Of a stretch of DNA of 64,000 nucleotides, positions 13,457-29,163 are shown one piece after another. Both the position numbers and the translations under genes were made by a program. Every line of letters starts with the position of its first letter. Position 1 is the stretch's first letter. The notes beneath the pieces are model-generated. The model saw only the letters and a program-made list of their open reading frames with translations, was not told where the DNA came from and did not search any database. The DNA is from the human T2T-CHM13v2.0 reference genome, Homo sapiens, in the NCBI RefSeq assembly GCF_009914755.1, contig NC_060945.1; one strand, given 5' to 3'.

Positions 13457-13921
13457 TGTATTCATCTTCTATTGCCACTGTAACAAATTACCACAAATGT
13501 TGTGGCTTAAAACAATACCAATTTATTATCTGACAATTCTGGAGGCCAGAAGTCTGACACAGGCCTCCAGGGGCTAAAATCAAAGGGTCGGCTGGCCTGT
13601 GTTCCTTCCAGGAGGTTCCAGGAGAGGCTCTGCTTCTTTGCTTTTTCCAGTGTCTGGAGGCCTCCTGGGGACCTTGGCTCCTGGCCCGTTTCTCTGGTTT
13701 CAAAGCCAGCAATGACCAGTCAATTCCTGATGCTGCCATCTTTCTTTAAAAACTCATGGGATTAGCTTGGGCCACCTGGATAATCTGGGATAATCTCCCC
13801 ATCTTAACATCCTTCACTTAATCACGTCTGCAAAATCCCATTTGCAGTGTAAGGGAAAATATTCACAGGCTCTGAGGATTAGGGCATCCGTATTTTTGGA
13901 GCCATTAGTCTGCTTACCACA
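13457..13921 (-). mobile_element. MLT1C/D solo LTR
   Basis: ctgtaacaaattaccacaaa...ggcttaaaacaa...ctggaggccagaagtctga...tctgcttaccaca. Confidence 0.85.
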
Positions 13922-14071
13922 GTGCCCCAACTTTCAGGAAGACTTTGAGGAGTGAGCAGAAGTCATTGTGTGACCAGGGAACATAATTCGGTGCAGAGTC
14001 AGCTGTGTTCCTCAAGCTCACTATGAGACTCTGAAAGTCCTAAGTCCAAGGAAATCCATGGGGAGTGTCGG

Positions 14072-14432
14072 TGATCTGGTTTGGCTCTGTGTTCCCACCC
14101 AGATCTCACCCTGAATTGTAACAATCCCTACGTGTCATGGGAGGGACCTGGTGGGAGGTAATTGAATCATGGGCGTGGGTCTTTCCCATGCTGTTCTCAT
14201 GATGGTGAATAAGTCTCATGAGATCTGATGGTTTTATAAAAGGGCAATTCCCCTGCACACACCTTCTTGCCTGCTGCCACGTAAGATGTGCCTTTGCTTC
14301 CCCTCTGCCTTCTGCCATGATTGCGAGGCCTCCCCAGCCATGTGGAACTGTGAGTCCATTAAATCTCTTTCCTTTATAAATTACCCAGTCTCGGGTATGT
14401 CCTTATTAGCAGCGTGAGAACAGACTAATACA
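14072..14432 (+). mobile_element. THE1 (B/C/D-type) solo LTR
   Basis: tgatctggtttggctctgtg...cagactaataca; TSD gtcgg/gttgg. Confidence 0.92.
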
Positions 14433-15022
14433 GTTGGAAAGGAGAATTTTGGAGGAGCCGTGTTCTTCTTGTCTTGGTTTGTGGATGTCTCATTAAGTAT
14501 GGGAGGGTTTGTTCTTTTAGCAGAAATGTTGGTCTGTACTTTCAAAGTATTTGTGTTGCTTGGAAATTTGTATTGTTAACTTGTTAAGTAGGAAATTTGC
14601 TTAGTTAACTGTTACTGAGTGGGGCAGACCGAAAGTGTCTGGGCAGAGGCAGTTCCCTGGTGGATGCTAAGGAAGGGCCTGTATTTGGGGCTGGCCAGAA
14701 TGCTAAAGGATAGGGCAGGGTAGTCTGTGGTCAATGCCAGCAGATGAGTCATGGAGTATGATACGGGGATTGGCATATCTGATGGGCGTGAAGAGGATGG
14801 CCACTGGGAGCACCGAGTACCCAGCAGGTGGGCAGTCAGGCAGCAGGCCACAGGGAAGCCTGTGGAGAAGGACTCTGGTCCTTAAGACAAAGGGGAGTAA
14901 ACCAAGATAGCACCCAAGACCTACAGGGATGTTGCTATAAGGCCCTTGGCTGAGACACGAACTCGGGCACAGAGAACACAGCAGCAGCCCGTTTATCAAA
15001 CTGGGATCCAGGGGGGATTGTG

Positions 15023-15241
15023 GCAGTGTTCCCCAATGGTGGGTCTGCTGGGTTACAGATAGTTCAATTCTGCATTGTGTGGCTATTTCCTGAATATTGC
15101 AGGATGTTTGGTATCCCTGGTTCCCACCCACCAAATGCTGGTAGCCACCCTAAGTCATTTTATCAATCATTTTGGGATAGTGCTCTAAGACATTTTCAAA
15201 TGTCCCCTTAGGGGGTGGTAATTTGCTCCCAGGTGATACTG
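15023..15241. mobile_element. MER20 hAT-Charlie MITE
   Basis: gcaggatgtttggtatccctgg...agacattttcaaatgtcccct. Confidence 0.7.
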
Positions 15242-15955
15242 AAATATGACCAGCCTAAGGTTGGAATGGATCCCAGGACTAGGGGCAGCTATGAGCCTGG
15301 GGAATAACCCGCCAGCCCTAGGAGTGAGCAGATGTGTATATAGAGGTAGGCCTCATAAGTACGAGAGACGCTGTTGTTGTTTTGTTGTTGATACAATGGA
15401 ACTTATTTTTCAAGGCCTTTTGTAGTAATTTATGCCCTGGCTCCTCCATTCTCTCAGCCATCTTCCTTTTTTCCCTTCCTACTTGCAATGTTATTATTTT
15501 TTCTTTTCCATGCTGACTACCCTAGCTGTTGACTACCCTACCCTTGTTGTGTCTGTGGATGGTTGTAAGAGGTCCGTAAATGACTATTCTTTATCCTGTC
15601 CCTTCGTTGCATCAGCTGCTCTCCCTTTGCCTTCTGGAACATTCTTTCAAGCTCAGATCTGATCATTGTTGCCCAGTTAATGAGTCTTTTGGGGTCCCTA
15701 CTGCCAGCCCAGTGAAGGCCAAACTTGGCTGGCACTGAAGACCCTTAGCCGGTCTTGCTGGGTGGTCTTCCAGCTTTATGTCCCAGCTCTAGAATCTACG
15801 ATTCTTTTGGTTTCAAGGTCTTCATTCCCCCTGGCACACCCTTGGCCATTTGCTTCCACAACCTCTACATCATCAACGACCTACCCCATCTTTCCCTTTA
15901 TGCATCTCCATCTTTTAAGGACTGATTCAAATGCCACCCTATCCATGAACAGTAA

Positions 15956-16285
<330 letters not shown>

Positions 16286-16539
16286 TCAAAACTTTTTAAA
16301 AAGTATTAAATTACTGATTTTATGTGGTGTTCCTATGAACAGACATTATAAAGGTTTAGATGCTTCTCACCTTCTTTTAGCCATGAAATGGCATCCATGT
16401 TGATGCAAGGACCATATCTAGATTTGGGTAGTTAGTGGTGGAAAAAAGTAAGTCTTAAACATGAAACCGCTTGGTTTCTCTCTCTCAATGTTGTTTTCTT
16501 CAAAAATAAAATATTGAGTTTTCTAATATGAAGGTGGTA

Positions 16540-16902
<363 letters not shown>

Positions 16903-17389
16903 TAAAATTGTTGCTCATTATGTAAGATATCTACCCCAAGAGCATTTTACAAAAGTTAAAGAGAAGTCTGATTCAATCTTTCATACTGTTGAGCTGGAAA
17001 ATCTCGAGTAATAGATAAATCCACTCTGAACAGCAGAGGGCTCTTATGTACACAAAAAAGTCTGACTGCTTTTAAAGAGCATCAGCACAGGTGTGTGAAT
17101 CATATGTTCTCATCTGTGTGCCTCTACAGGTACGAGTGTCAACAGGTGTAATGACTGCTCACGGCCACCATCACTCATACCTTTCTATTTCCCAGTGTTG
17201 TTAGAAAGAGCAAAATGAGACAGCCTGTGGGAAAGTATTGTAGCAACTTTAAACCGAGATGCAAATGGGAAATATTATTATTAATCAGTAAAACTACAGA
17301 AGTAATAATTTCACAAGATTGCTGTAAGATGAATGAGCTAAGGCACACAGAGGTGTCTGTAAGCTGTAAGCTGCTGCACAAATGCTTAT

Positions 17390-17497
17390 TTATTTTATTA
17401 TTTTTTTAACTGCAGCCTCAAACTCTTGGGCTCGAGTGATTTTCCCACCTCAGCCTCCCAAGTAGCTGGAACCACAGGCACGTGCCACCACACCTGG
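17390..17497 (-). mobile_element. AluJ/FRAM fragment
   Basis: actgcagcctcaaactcttgggctcgagtgat...ccaccacacctgg. Confidence 0.75.
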
Positions 17498-17529
17498 TAC
17501 AAATGCTTGTTGTTTGTTGCCTGCTTGCA

Positions 17530-18350
17530 AGGGGCTCTCAGCTCTGTGTTTCCAGGCCTGGGCTCTCTCTAGAATTCCAGAGCTGCATCTATAATGTTCT
17601 GCTTGGAATCCCTTCTTAATGCCTAATAGGCATCTCAAAATTAATGGAGCTGAAGCTGAACTCTTGATCCACTCCCTACCCCACTTCAAAAAGAAAAAAA
17701 AAATCAATTAGTCCATCCCCAGTCTTCCCCATCTCTGTCAATGGCACCCAGCTGCTCAGGACACACATCAAATTTTTAATTCTGCTGTTTTTCTCATTTT
17801 GCTGAATCCAGAGTAGGTCTTGCCCACTCTCATTCTGAGGCACATCTCAACTCTGCCCTCCCTCTCCGTCCTCTGTGCTTCCAGCTAGCACGAGGCCCCA
17901 CAGTTGCTCATCTGGACTCCTGCCAAGAGCCTACTAATGGTTCTCTCTTCCTCCTCCAATCCATTCCTCAAACGCAGCAGGGTGTTCTTCCAAAACAAAT
18001 CACATCATGCCACTCCCTTGCTTAAAACCCTCCCAAGTCTTCTCCATTGCACTTAAAATTAAAACCACCATCCTTTCCTTGGCTGAGAAGGTCCCACCTG
18101 GTCAAGACCCTTCCTACATTTGCAGACTCATCTCCCACCATGCTCTGTCCTCTACCCCACTCCAGCCCCTCTGTCCATGCTGTGGACACAGCAGGCATGG
18201 ATTCCTCATCTTTTCGTGGCTGATTTCTTTGATGCATCCCATTCTTGGCTTAAATATCACCTCCTCAGATAGGTTCTCCCTCACCCACCAGTCTAAAGCA
18301 GTGACCCATTCTCTCTTTCTTCATTCACCCTACCTGGACTCTCTATGAAA
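17530..18350 (+). mobile_element. L2 LINE relic
   Basis: ctaataggcatctcaaaattaa...gaactcttgatc; catgccactcccttgcttaaaaccctcc. Confidence 0.75.
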
Positions 18351-18601
18351 CATTTCCCAGTAGTTGGTATTACACACCAACCACATTATGTCCTTAATAA
18401 ACCATTTACTTTCATATTTCATCTAGTGACATAATTTCATTAATGAGATCATTGAGCTGGTGTACCATACCTCTTTGGGATTACAGAATACAAGAAATGA
18501 ATACAGAAAATGCTTTAAAAAATAAGCAATGACATGGGTTGTAATAGAAATAGCCACAACCTGTTAGTGTTCCCCCTCCACTCAGAGAATCAGTGACTTT
18601 A

Positions 18602-18917
<316 letters not shown>

Positions 18918-19769
18918 GAATATTGGGGAAAAAATCCACGCAAAATATGACTACAAATGAGTTATCCATCAACATCACCAGTGTCGAATCAGACTTCTTA
19001 CTTTAGGAATATCCCTGACTTATTTTGTGTGCTCTTCCCTCCAGTTATCATCAAATATTTATCGAGCATCTACTCTACCAAATGCAGAGGAAATCATGAG
19101 AAATAACAGCAGCCCACTAGGACCACTTCCCCTGAACCTTTTTTTCTCCCCTCTCCATCACTCCCCTCTTCCTTGTGTGAAAACATAATTTGTGAATACA
19201 TAGAATGTTCTAAGCCTGTTCCTAAATGCATGTTTTGCTTATTTGGGGGAGGCAGCAGCAATTACTAGGCAGTTGAATCAATTATGATAATGATTTGAAG
19301 TGACTATTTTAACTAATACATGGTCTTGGGGAAGTGCTATATTCACCTTTTAAAAAGTGAATCCACTGTAGTCTTGGAAAAATTAACCAAGTCTGTACAT
19401 GCCAATGGCAGTCTCTTGGAAAATCTGCAAGGCAAATAACCCACATGTTTGGGACCCGCTCACCTTCAGACATCCTCTTCCTGACCCAGATGTGTCTGCC
19501 TTCTGGTAAGCCCCTCCAACTGTAAAATCCCCTCCACCCCCACCCCCGAAACTATCCTTCTTCAGAGGCTTCTCCTCCAGTGCCATGTCTCCCTTTCCAT
19601 CTTCAATGAAAACTCCTATGTATTTGCAGTAATGTTTGATTAAGGTCATTTATACACATGTGTGAATGACTGATAGTCTTAACTCACCAGGTTATACTTT
19701 TTCTTTGAAAGAGAACTTTAACGAAACTCTAATTCGGAAAAAGCTATTAGCAAAATATTTTAGAGCAAG

Positions 19770-19955
19770 GTATTGGGAGCCTCTCTTTATGAGCCGTATT
19801 ACCTTGGGCAAGTGACATAACCTCTCTGTGCTTCATTTTCTTACGTGTAAATGGGGATTGTAAAACTCATAAGATTGCTGTCAGGATTAAATTAATGTAT
19901 GTAAAGCACTTAGAATAGAGCTCGGCACAGAGAAATGCTACATATATATTAGCTA
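19770..19955 (+). mobile_element. MIR
   Basis: accttgggcaagtgacataacctctctgtgcttcattttc...gtaaagcacttagaatag...tagctatta. Confidence 0.8.
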
Positions 19956-19958
19956 TTA

Positions 19959-21787
19959 CTGCCACTGCCACCACCACCATCACCACCACCACCACCACCA
20001 TCACCATCATCATCATAATCACAGCCACCACCACCATCATCACCACCACCACCACCACCATCACCATCACCACCATCACCGCCACCACCATCACCATCAT
20101 CATCATAATCACAGCCACCACCACCATCATCATCACCACCACCACCACCACCACCACCATCACCACCATCACCATCACCACCATCACCGCCACCACCATC
20201 ACCACCATCATCACCACCACCATCATCACCATCATCACCATTATCACCATCACCACCACCACCACCATCACCATCATTAGCAGCTATTTAATCACCACCA
20301 CCACCACCACCATCACCGCCACCACCATCACCACCATCATCACCACCACCATCAACACCATCATCACCATTATCACCATCACCACCACTACCACCATCAC
20401 CATCATTAGCAGCTATTTAATCACCACCACCACCACCACCAACACCAACATCACCACTATCCCCATCACCACCACCACCATCATCATCACTGACTACCAC
20501 CATCACCACCATTATTATCATCACCACCACCACCATCATCATCATTACCAACTATTACCATCACTACCACCACCATCATCATGACCACCATCATCATCAT
20601 CACCAACTACCACCATCACCACCACCACCATCATGAACCCCCACTACCATCACCACCACCACCATCATCAACCCCCACTACCACCACCACCACCACCATC
20701 AACCCCCACTACCATCACCACCACCACCATCATCAACCCCCACTACCACCACCACCACCACCATCAACCCCCACTGCCATCACCACCACCACCATCATCA
20801 TCACTGACTACCACCATCACCACCGCTATTATTATCATCACCACCACCACCATCATCATTACCAACTATTACCATCACCACCACCATCATCATGACCACC
20901 ATCATCATCATCACCAACTACCACCATCACCACCACCATCATCACCCCCCACTACCACCACCACCACCACCACCATCAACCCCCACTACCATCACCATGA
21001 CCACCATCATCACCCCCCACTACCATCACCACCACCACCATCATCACCCACTACCATCACCACCACCACCATCATCACCCCCCACTACCACCACCACCAC
21101 CACCACCACCACCATCAACCCCCACTACCACCACCACCACCATCATCAACCCCCACTACCATCACCACCACCATCATCAACCGCCACTACCACCACCACC
21201 ACCACCATCATCAACCCCCACTACCATCACCACCACCATCATCAACCCCCACTACCATCACCACCACCACCATCATCAACCCCCACTACCACTACCACCA
21301 CCACCATCATCAACCCCCACTACCATCACCACCACCACCATCATCAACCCCCACTACCATCACCACCACCACCATCATCATCACTGACTACCACTATCAC
21401 CACCACCACCACCACCACCACCATCACCACCACCACCATCACCACCACCGCCATCATCATCACCACCACCACCACCACCACCATCACCACCATCACCACC
21501 ACCACCACCACCATCACCACCACCATCATCACCATCACCACCACCACTGTCATCACCACCACCACCATCACCACCATCACCACCACCATCACCACCACCA
21601 CCATCACCACCACCACCACCACCATCACCATCACCACCACCACCATCATCATCACTGACTACTACCATCACCACCACCACCACCATCATCACCACCACCA
21701 TCATCATCACCATCCCTGCCACCACCATTATCACCCCCCAACTACCACCACCACCACCACCACCACTACCACCACCACTACCACCAC
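19959..21787. repeat. Large compound (CAC/CAT)n triplet array with a ~31-34 bp higher-order unit
   Basis: Read directly; recurring aacccccactaccatcaccaccaccaccatcatc unit at ~20630-21380. Confidence 0.97.
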
Positions 21788-22163
21788 TGTATTAGTCCAT
21801 TCTCATGCTGCTAATTAAGACATACCCGAGACTGGGCAATTTACAAAGGAAAGAGGTTTAATCGATTCATAATCCAGCATGGCTGGGGAGGCCTCAGGAA
21901 ACTTACAATCATGGTGGAGGGGAAGCAAACACATCCTTCTTCACATGGTGGCAGGAAGAATTGCCGAGCAAAGGGGGAAAAGCCCCTTATAAAACCATCA
22001 GATCTCGTGAAAATTCACTCATTATCACGAGAACAGCAGCATGGGGGTGACTGCCCCCATGATTCAATTACCTCCCACCAGGTCCCTCCCACGACATATG
22101 GGGATTATGGGAACTACAATTCAAGATGAGATTTCGGTTGGGACACAAATCCAAATTGTACTA
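21788..22163 (-). mobile_element. THE1D/MSTA solo LTR inserted into the CAC array
   Basis: tgtattagtccattctcatgctgc...gggacacaaatccaaa; TSD accac/accac. Confidence 0.9.
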
Positions 22164-22250
22164 ACCACTATCATCACCCCCCACTACCACCACCACCACC
22201 ACCACCATCATCATCATTACCATCATCACCACCACTACCACCATCATCGT
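22164..22250. repeat. Continuation of the (CAC/CAT)n array
   Basis: Read directly; contains the same catcacccccactaccacc motif. Confidence 0.95.
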
Positions 22251-22729
22251 CAAAGCTTCTTTTCTCCATTACTTCAGAAGGTCTTGGGGCAGCGGCTTTA
22301 TTTTCCCCTTTCCTTCGGTAAATTCAGTCTTGTGTGTCTGCTGCTTATTAACATCTCCACCAGGGGGCAGGCTGTGGAAGAAAAAGGTTCAATGCAAGAC
22401 TTTACTCTGTCCTTGAATTTCGGAGCTGCCAGTGTATGAATTCTTCCAGACTCTCCCTGACAGAAACCATCTTTATATATCTGCTAAGCAGTTCTATTTT
22501 TTAATTTCTCTATCACAAAGAGTTCCTCTTGTTCCGTGAAATATGTATGGTTTTGAATATTTGAACCCGATGTTTTCCTCTTTGCTCTAACTTCTGAAAT
22601 GTTTTGCCAAATGTGGGAAAGTGGAGCTTGATATGAGTCAATTGCATTTTTTTTCCTGCCAAAAAGTGATTTCAATTTTCAGCTGCAGACATAGGCAAAA
22701 GGTGTCTAGGATAAGAGAGTTTACACTTC

Positions 22730-22918
22730 TGGGCCAGCAAACATGGTGGCATGCAGGCCACACTTCCCTCCTCTGTGCTCACAGATGGCATGGTTGATAG
22801 ATGATGGCAATCTTCCTCACTGAGTCCAAAGGCAGTTCTAGATACTTTCTCAACACACCACTTCAGTCAGCTTCTAGCGATCAATGGCACTTGAGATAAA
22901 ACCAACTTGGCATTTCTG
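22730..22918 (+). mobile_element. hAT-Charlie MER MITE (subfamily uncertain)
   Basis: gcaaacatggtggcatgc...ttctcaacacac...gagataaaaccaacttggcatttctg. Confidence 0.5.
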
Positions 22919-23007
22919 AGATGTTCTACGTCACACTCCTTCCATCACTCTCCATTTGAAGCATAGTGTTTGGGTCAGGGCATTCTATTTTCAGAAGAAT
23001 ATTTGTG

Positions 23008-23969
<962 letters not shown>

Positions 23970-24096
23970 CTAGATAGAGACAAAGGGTTGCTTTTCTTAT
24001 CTCTGTTGAAGAAGGGGGTGCAGGCATTATATGCTGGCCTTCGTGTAAAATGCTAAGCTGGGGGGTGGATGTGCATGAGTGAATGTGTGTGTTTAG

Positions 24097-24409
<313 letters not shown>

Positions 24410-24690
24410 TAGCGTTTTTTTTTTTTTTTTTAATAGTGGTAACTGACTTAGGCTGACCCACTTCCACTCTTTCCAGATCCAAAAAATGCCAGAAGCACAG
24501 ATTTTGGGGAGACACATCATTTGGAAGAGGCATTGCCCTGGTTCATAATGGGCCATGTAAGATTCACTGATCTATGTGGGATCCAAGAAACCAATGGCCG
24601 ATCGTTTCTATCATGCTCTAAGAATTTTGGGTCTTCAAATCACTTTTAAGTTTATGACCTCTAAGAATAGATTTAGAAATGACATCTTAT

Positions 24691-24960
24691 GGCCGAGTAT
24701 GGTAGTTCATGCCTGTAATCACAGCACTTTGGAAGTCTGAGGTAGGGGGGACCTCTTGAAGCCGGGAGTTCAAGACCAGCTTGGGAAACATAGCAAGACC
24801 CCATCTCTAAAATTAAAAAAAAACAACTCACTGAACATGGTGGCACATGCCTGTAGTCCCAGCTACTTTGGAGGCTGAGACAAGAGGGAGGCTAAGGCAG
24901 GGGGACTGTTTGAGTCCAGGAGTTCAAGGCTACAGTGAACTATGATTGCAGCACTGCACC
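24691..24960 (+). mobile_element. AluJo (3' end lost)
   Basis: caggagttcaaggctacagtgaactatgattg. Confidence 0.85.
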
Positions 24961-25163
24961 CTTAAGGGTATCAAAAAACAAGTCATCCCTTACGGTATCA
25001 AAAATCTGGAAACAGCATTCTTTTTTGATACAGCAACCTCCTAGGTATTTATTCTGAAAAAAATATTGGGAAAATGTGCAAAGATGGATAAACAGTTTGC
25101 ATTATCAGTAAAGAAACAGGAAGAAAAATCTAGCTGTTGAGCAATAGAGCACCGATTAAGTGA

Positions 25164-25891
<728 letters not shown>

Positions 25892-26129
25892 TAACATATT
25901 TAGTGATGATAGACTATGTGTATATTATTACTCAATTCAAAACTTTTATATATTTACATATAAAAAGTTCTGGAAGGACATTGATCAATGGCAAGGGGAG
26001 AAATTAAATGCCATTAAATTTCTGTTTCCAAAAAATTTTCATAATAGTTATGTATTAAGTATGTAATTTCAAAATTAATATATTTTCCCCCAAACATTTA
26101 AAATAAACAAACTTAGTCTATATGCTTGC

Positions 26130-26507
26130 TGTATTAATTTGCTAGGACAGCCTCCACAAAGTACCATAGACTGGGCAGCTTAACCAAGAGAAGATCATTT
26201 TCTTATGCTTCTGGAGGCCGAAAGTCAGAGCTCAAGGTGTCAGCATGGCTGGTTTCTTCTGAGGCTTCTCTGTTTGGCTGTAGATGGCTGTCTTCCTCAT
26301 GTGTCTTAACACTGTCTTCCTCCTGTGTGTTCCAATCTGTTCCTAAAATGACAACTGTAACTTTGGATTAGGCCCCCCCGCCGATGACCTGATGATTTAA
26401 CTTAATGATTGTTTAAGACTCTATGTCCAAGTCCAGTTACCTTTGGAGGTACTCGGGGTTAGGACCTACACATATGAATTTTAGGGAGGACTCAATTCTG
26501 CCCCTAC
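26130..26507 (-). mobile_element. MLT1A0 solo LTR
   Basis: tgtattaatttgctagg...aaagtaccatagactggg...ggggttaggacctacacatatgaatttt. Confidence 0.82.
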
Positions 26508-26611
26508 TCTTGCCTTCTAAATAAAATATGGAAGCCTTGTAGTTTTCATAGGAAACACCTTCTGTTAATAAATATTAGCATGACATGATCATACTAATAA
26601 TTATTTTATAG

Positions 26612-27133
26612 CAGCGGTCCGGAACCTTTTTGGTACCAGGCACTGGTTTCATAGAAGATAATTTTTCCATGGACTGGGGGTGGGGAGTGGTTCCAGGATG
26701 ATTCCAGCACATTCCATTTATTGTGCACTTTATTTCTATCATTATTACATTGTAACATGTAATGAAATAATTATACAACTCACCATAATGTAGAATCAGT
26801 GAGAGCCCCGAGCTTATTTTCCTGCAACTAGATGGTCCTGGGGGTGAGGGGAGACAGTGACAGATCATCAGGCATTAGATTTTCATAAGGAGTGGCAATC
26901 TAGATCCCTCACATGTGCAGTTCACAGTAGGATTTGTGCTCCTATGAGAATCTAATGCCACCGCCGATCTGACAGGAGGTGGAGCTCAGGTGGTAATGCG
27001 AATGATGGGGAGTGGCTGTAAATACAGATGAAACTTCTCTAGCTCTCCCTCTGCTCCCCTCCTACTCTGCAGCCCACTTCCTAACAGGCCGTGGACTGAT
27101 ACTGGTCTGTGGCCCGGTGGTTGAGAACTCCTG
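26612..27133 (+). mobile_element. MER1A hAT-Charlie DNA transposon
   Basis: cagcggtcc...gagaactcctg terminal inverted repeats; 522 bp; perfect 8-bp TSD ttttatag. Confidence 0.9.
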
Positions 27134-27788
27134 TTTTATAGCTTGATAAAAGCTATTTTATACATTTGGACAGAGATTCTCAAAATGTCTCTGTTGACAT
27201 GAAGAAGATGCAAATGCACACTGAGAAAGCAGTCTTCCTTCCCCAGCAGATTCATGGATTGCAGTATTGGAATCAAGTCATGCTTCTTTTTAAAAAAATT
27301 GTGATTCTTATTTTCCTTTTTGTATTCACATCTCAGCAGCAGAAGGAAGAGTCATGCCTTCTTAATTTCAGGTCAGCAGTCAGTCAGTCCACATTTACTG
27401 GACACCCACAGGGTATGGCACATTTTACTAGGTGTGGGGGCAAACTAAAAATAAATAGAAGCTTAATTCATGCCCTAAAGGAGCTTTTAATTTCCTGGAG
27501 ACACAGAACACTCCTGCTGAACACAAATACACTAATAATAAGGAAACATTTCATGTGAGATTTAGAGATAAGCAGTCTAACTTAGTTTGTGAAGGGTGAT
27601 ATATTTTGTAATTAAGTGACTACAGAGTAATGGGATGGCCAGGACTGGCCCTCAGACCTCTTGACTCCCTGTGGAACTTTTCCCATCAGGTCACTCTGCC
27701 ACCAACCCTAATGAGCCCCATCAACTGCAGTACAAATCTGTGCCCTAAATATTGAGGGGGAGTTCAAGTAAAGAAAACAAAATCAGAT

Positions 27789-28080
27789 TTTTTTTTTTTG
27801 AGAAGAAGTCTCACTATTTCGCTCTGGCTAATGTACAGTGGCGCGATCTCAACTCACTGCAACCTCCGCATCCCAGGTTCAGGTGATTCTACTGCCTCAG
27901 CCTTCTGAGTAGCTGGGACTACAGGCATGCATCACTATACCCGGCTAATTTTTAAATTTTTAATAGAGGTGGGATTTCACCATGTTGGCCAGGCTGGTCT
28001 CGAACTCCTTATCTCAAGTGATCTGCCTGCATCGACCTCCCAAAGTGCTGGGATTGCAGGAGTGGGCCACCGTGCCCAGC
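27789..28080 (-). mobile_element. AluS
   Basis: Full dimer; TSD aaaatcagat. Confidence 0.9.
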
Positions 28081-28544
28081 AAAATCAGATGTTGGTATCA
28101 TGAAAAGCATATCAAATGCATTTTGGAGAAAATAAGAAACATGGATTAAAAGGAAAGATGAGGGAGCATGAGCTAAGAGTTGGTCTAAGAGTTGGCGGCG
28201 TAGAGTGATACAGAAAGCCAGGAGTTCCTCTCAAACCAACTGAGGGAGATGGTTAAGGCTGTGAGAGGCAGGAGAGGTTCTTCCGTGGGAAAGGACAGGT
28301 CTGTATGAGCTGAGGGAAGGGGCTGCATAGAGTCGTCACAGGACTGAGACTGGCGCAGGGAGGCAGAGGTGAGCCTGGCAGAAGTTTGGATGTCACAGCC
28401 CCCTCCACATTCCATAGCTTCTTTCATTGCAACTTGTTTCTTAGTTCAGTTAGTAGAAATTCAGTCTTTTCTTGGGGACGCTGAAAAGTCCATGGGTATT
28501 ATTCCATAAAATCCAGAGCAGTGGAAAGGATTTGTTTGAGCATA

Positions 28545-28700
28545 TGTGTAATTATGTGTGTAAGTGTGTGTGAGTGACTGTGTGAGCACGTGGGTGGGTG
28601 GGAATATGCACGTATGTGAGTGTGACTACATAGAATGTGAGAATGCACATATGTGTCTGTGTGTGTGTGTTTGTGTGTGTTGTATGTGAGAGTCAGTGTA
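28545..28700. repeat. Degenerate (TG)-rich low-complexity tract
   Basis: Read directly from the sequence. Confidence 0.8.
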
Positions 28701-28725
28701 TAGGTACATTGCTCCTAGAGGTCAC

Positions 28726-29163
28726 TGTACTTGTTTCCTATTGCCACTGTGACAAAATTACCGCACATTTAGTGGCTTGAAACAACACACATTTGTTATC
28801 TTACAGTTCTGGAGGTCAGAGGCTGAAATGGGCCTCACTGGGCTAAAATCAAGGTGTGAGCAGGGCTGTGTTCTTTCTGGAGGCTCTAGAGGAGAAACTG
28901 CACCTTGCTTTGTGGCACTTTCTCCATCTTCAAAGCCAGCCTTTCTCCTCTTGAATCCTCTGACCTGCTCCTCTGCCTCTCTCTTCTGCTTTTAAGGATC
29001 CTTGTGATTACATTGGCCCTGCCTGAATAATGCAGTATACTCTCTTTCTCTTAAAGTCGACTAATTAGCAAACTTAATTCCATCTGCAGCCCTCGTTTCC
29101 ATGTAACCCAACATATGCACAGATTCTGGTGATTAGGAGGGTGACATTATTCTGCCTACCACA
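28726..29163 (-). mobile_element. MLT1C/D solo LTR
   Basis: ttgccactgtgacaaaattacc...ctggaggtcagaggctgaaatgggcctcactgggctaaaatcaaggtg...ttctgcctaccaca. Confidence 0.85.

Noticed and set aside
14612-15134. ORFs of 79 and 143 aa in apparently unique DNA
   Set aside because: No recognisable domain or exon structure, and the longer one starts within MER20; consistent with chance ORFs.
20630-21380. Regularly spaced ~31-34 bp repeats resembling a CRISPR array
   Set aside because: No unique spacers, no cas genes, and a primate context; this is a minisatellite.
19867-21818. Poly-His/Pro/Thr and poly-Val/Met ORFs as real CDS
   Set aside because: Open frames are expected from CAC/CAT composition; there is no splice, domain or codon evidence. 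Kept only as a speculative finding.
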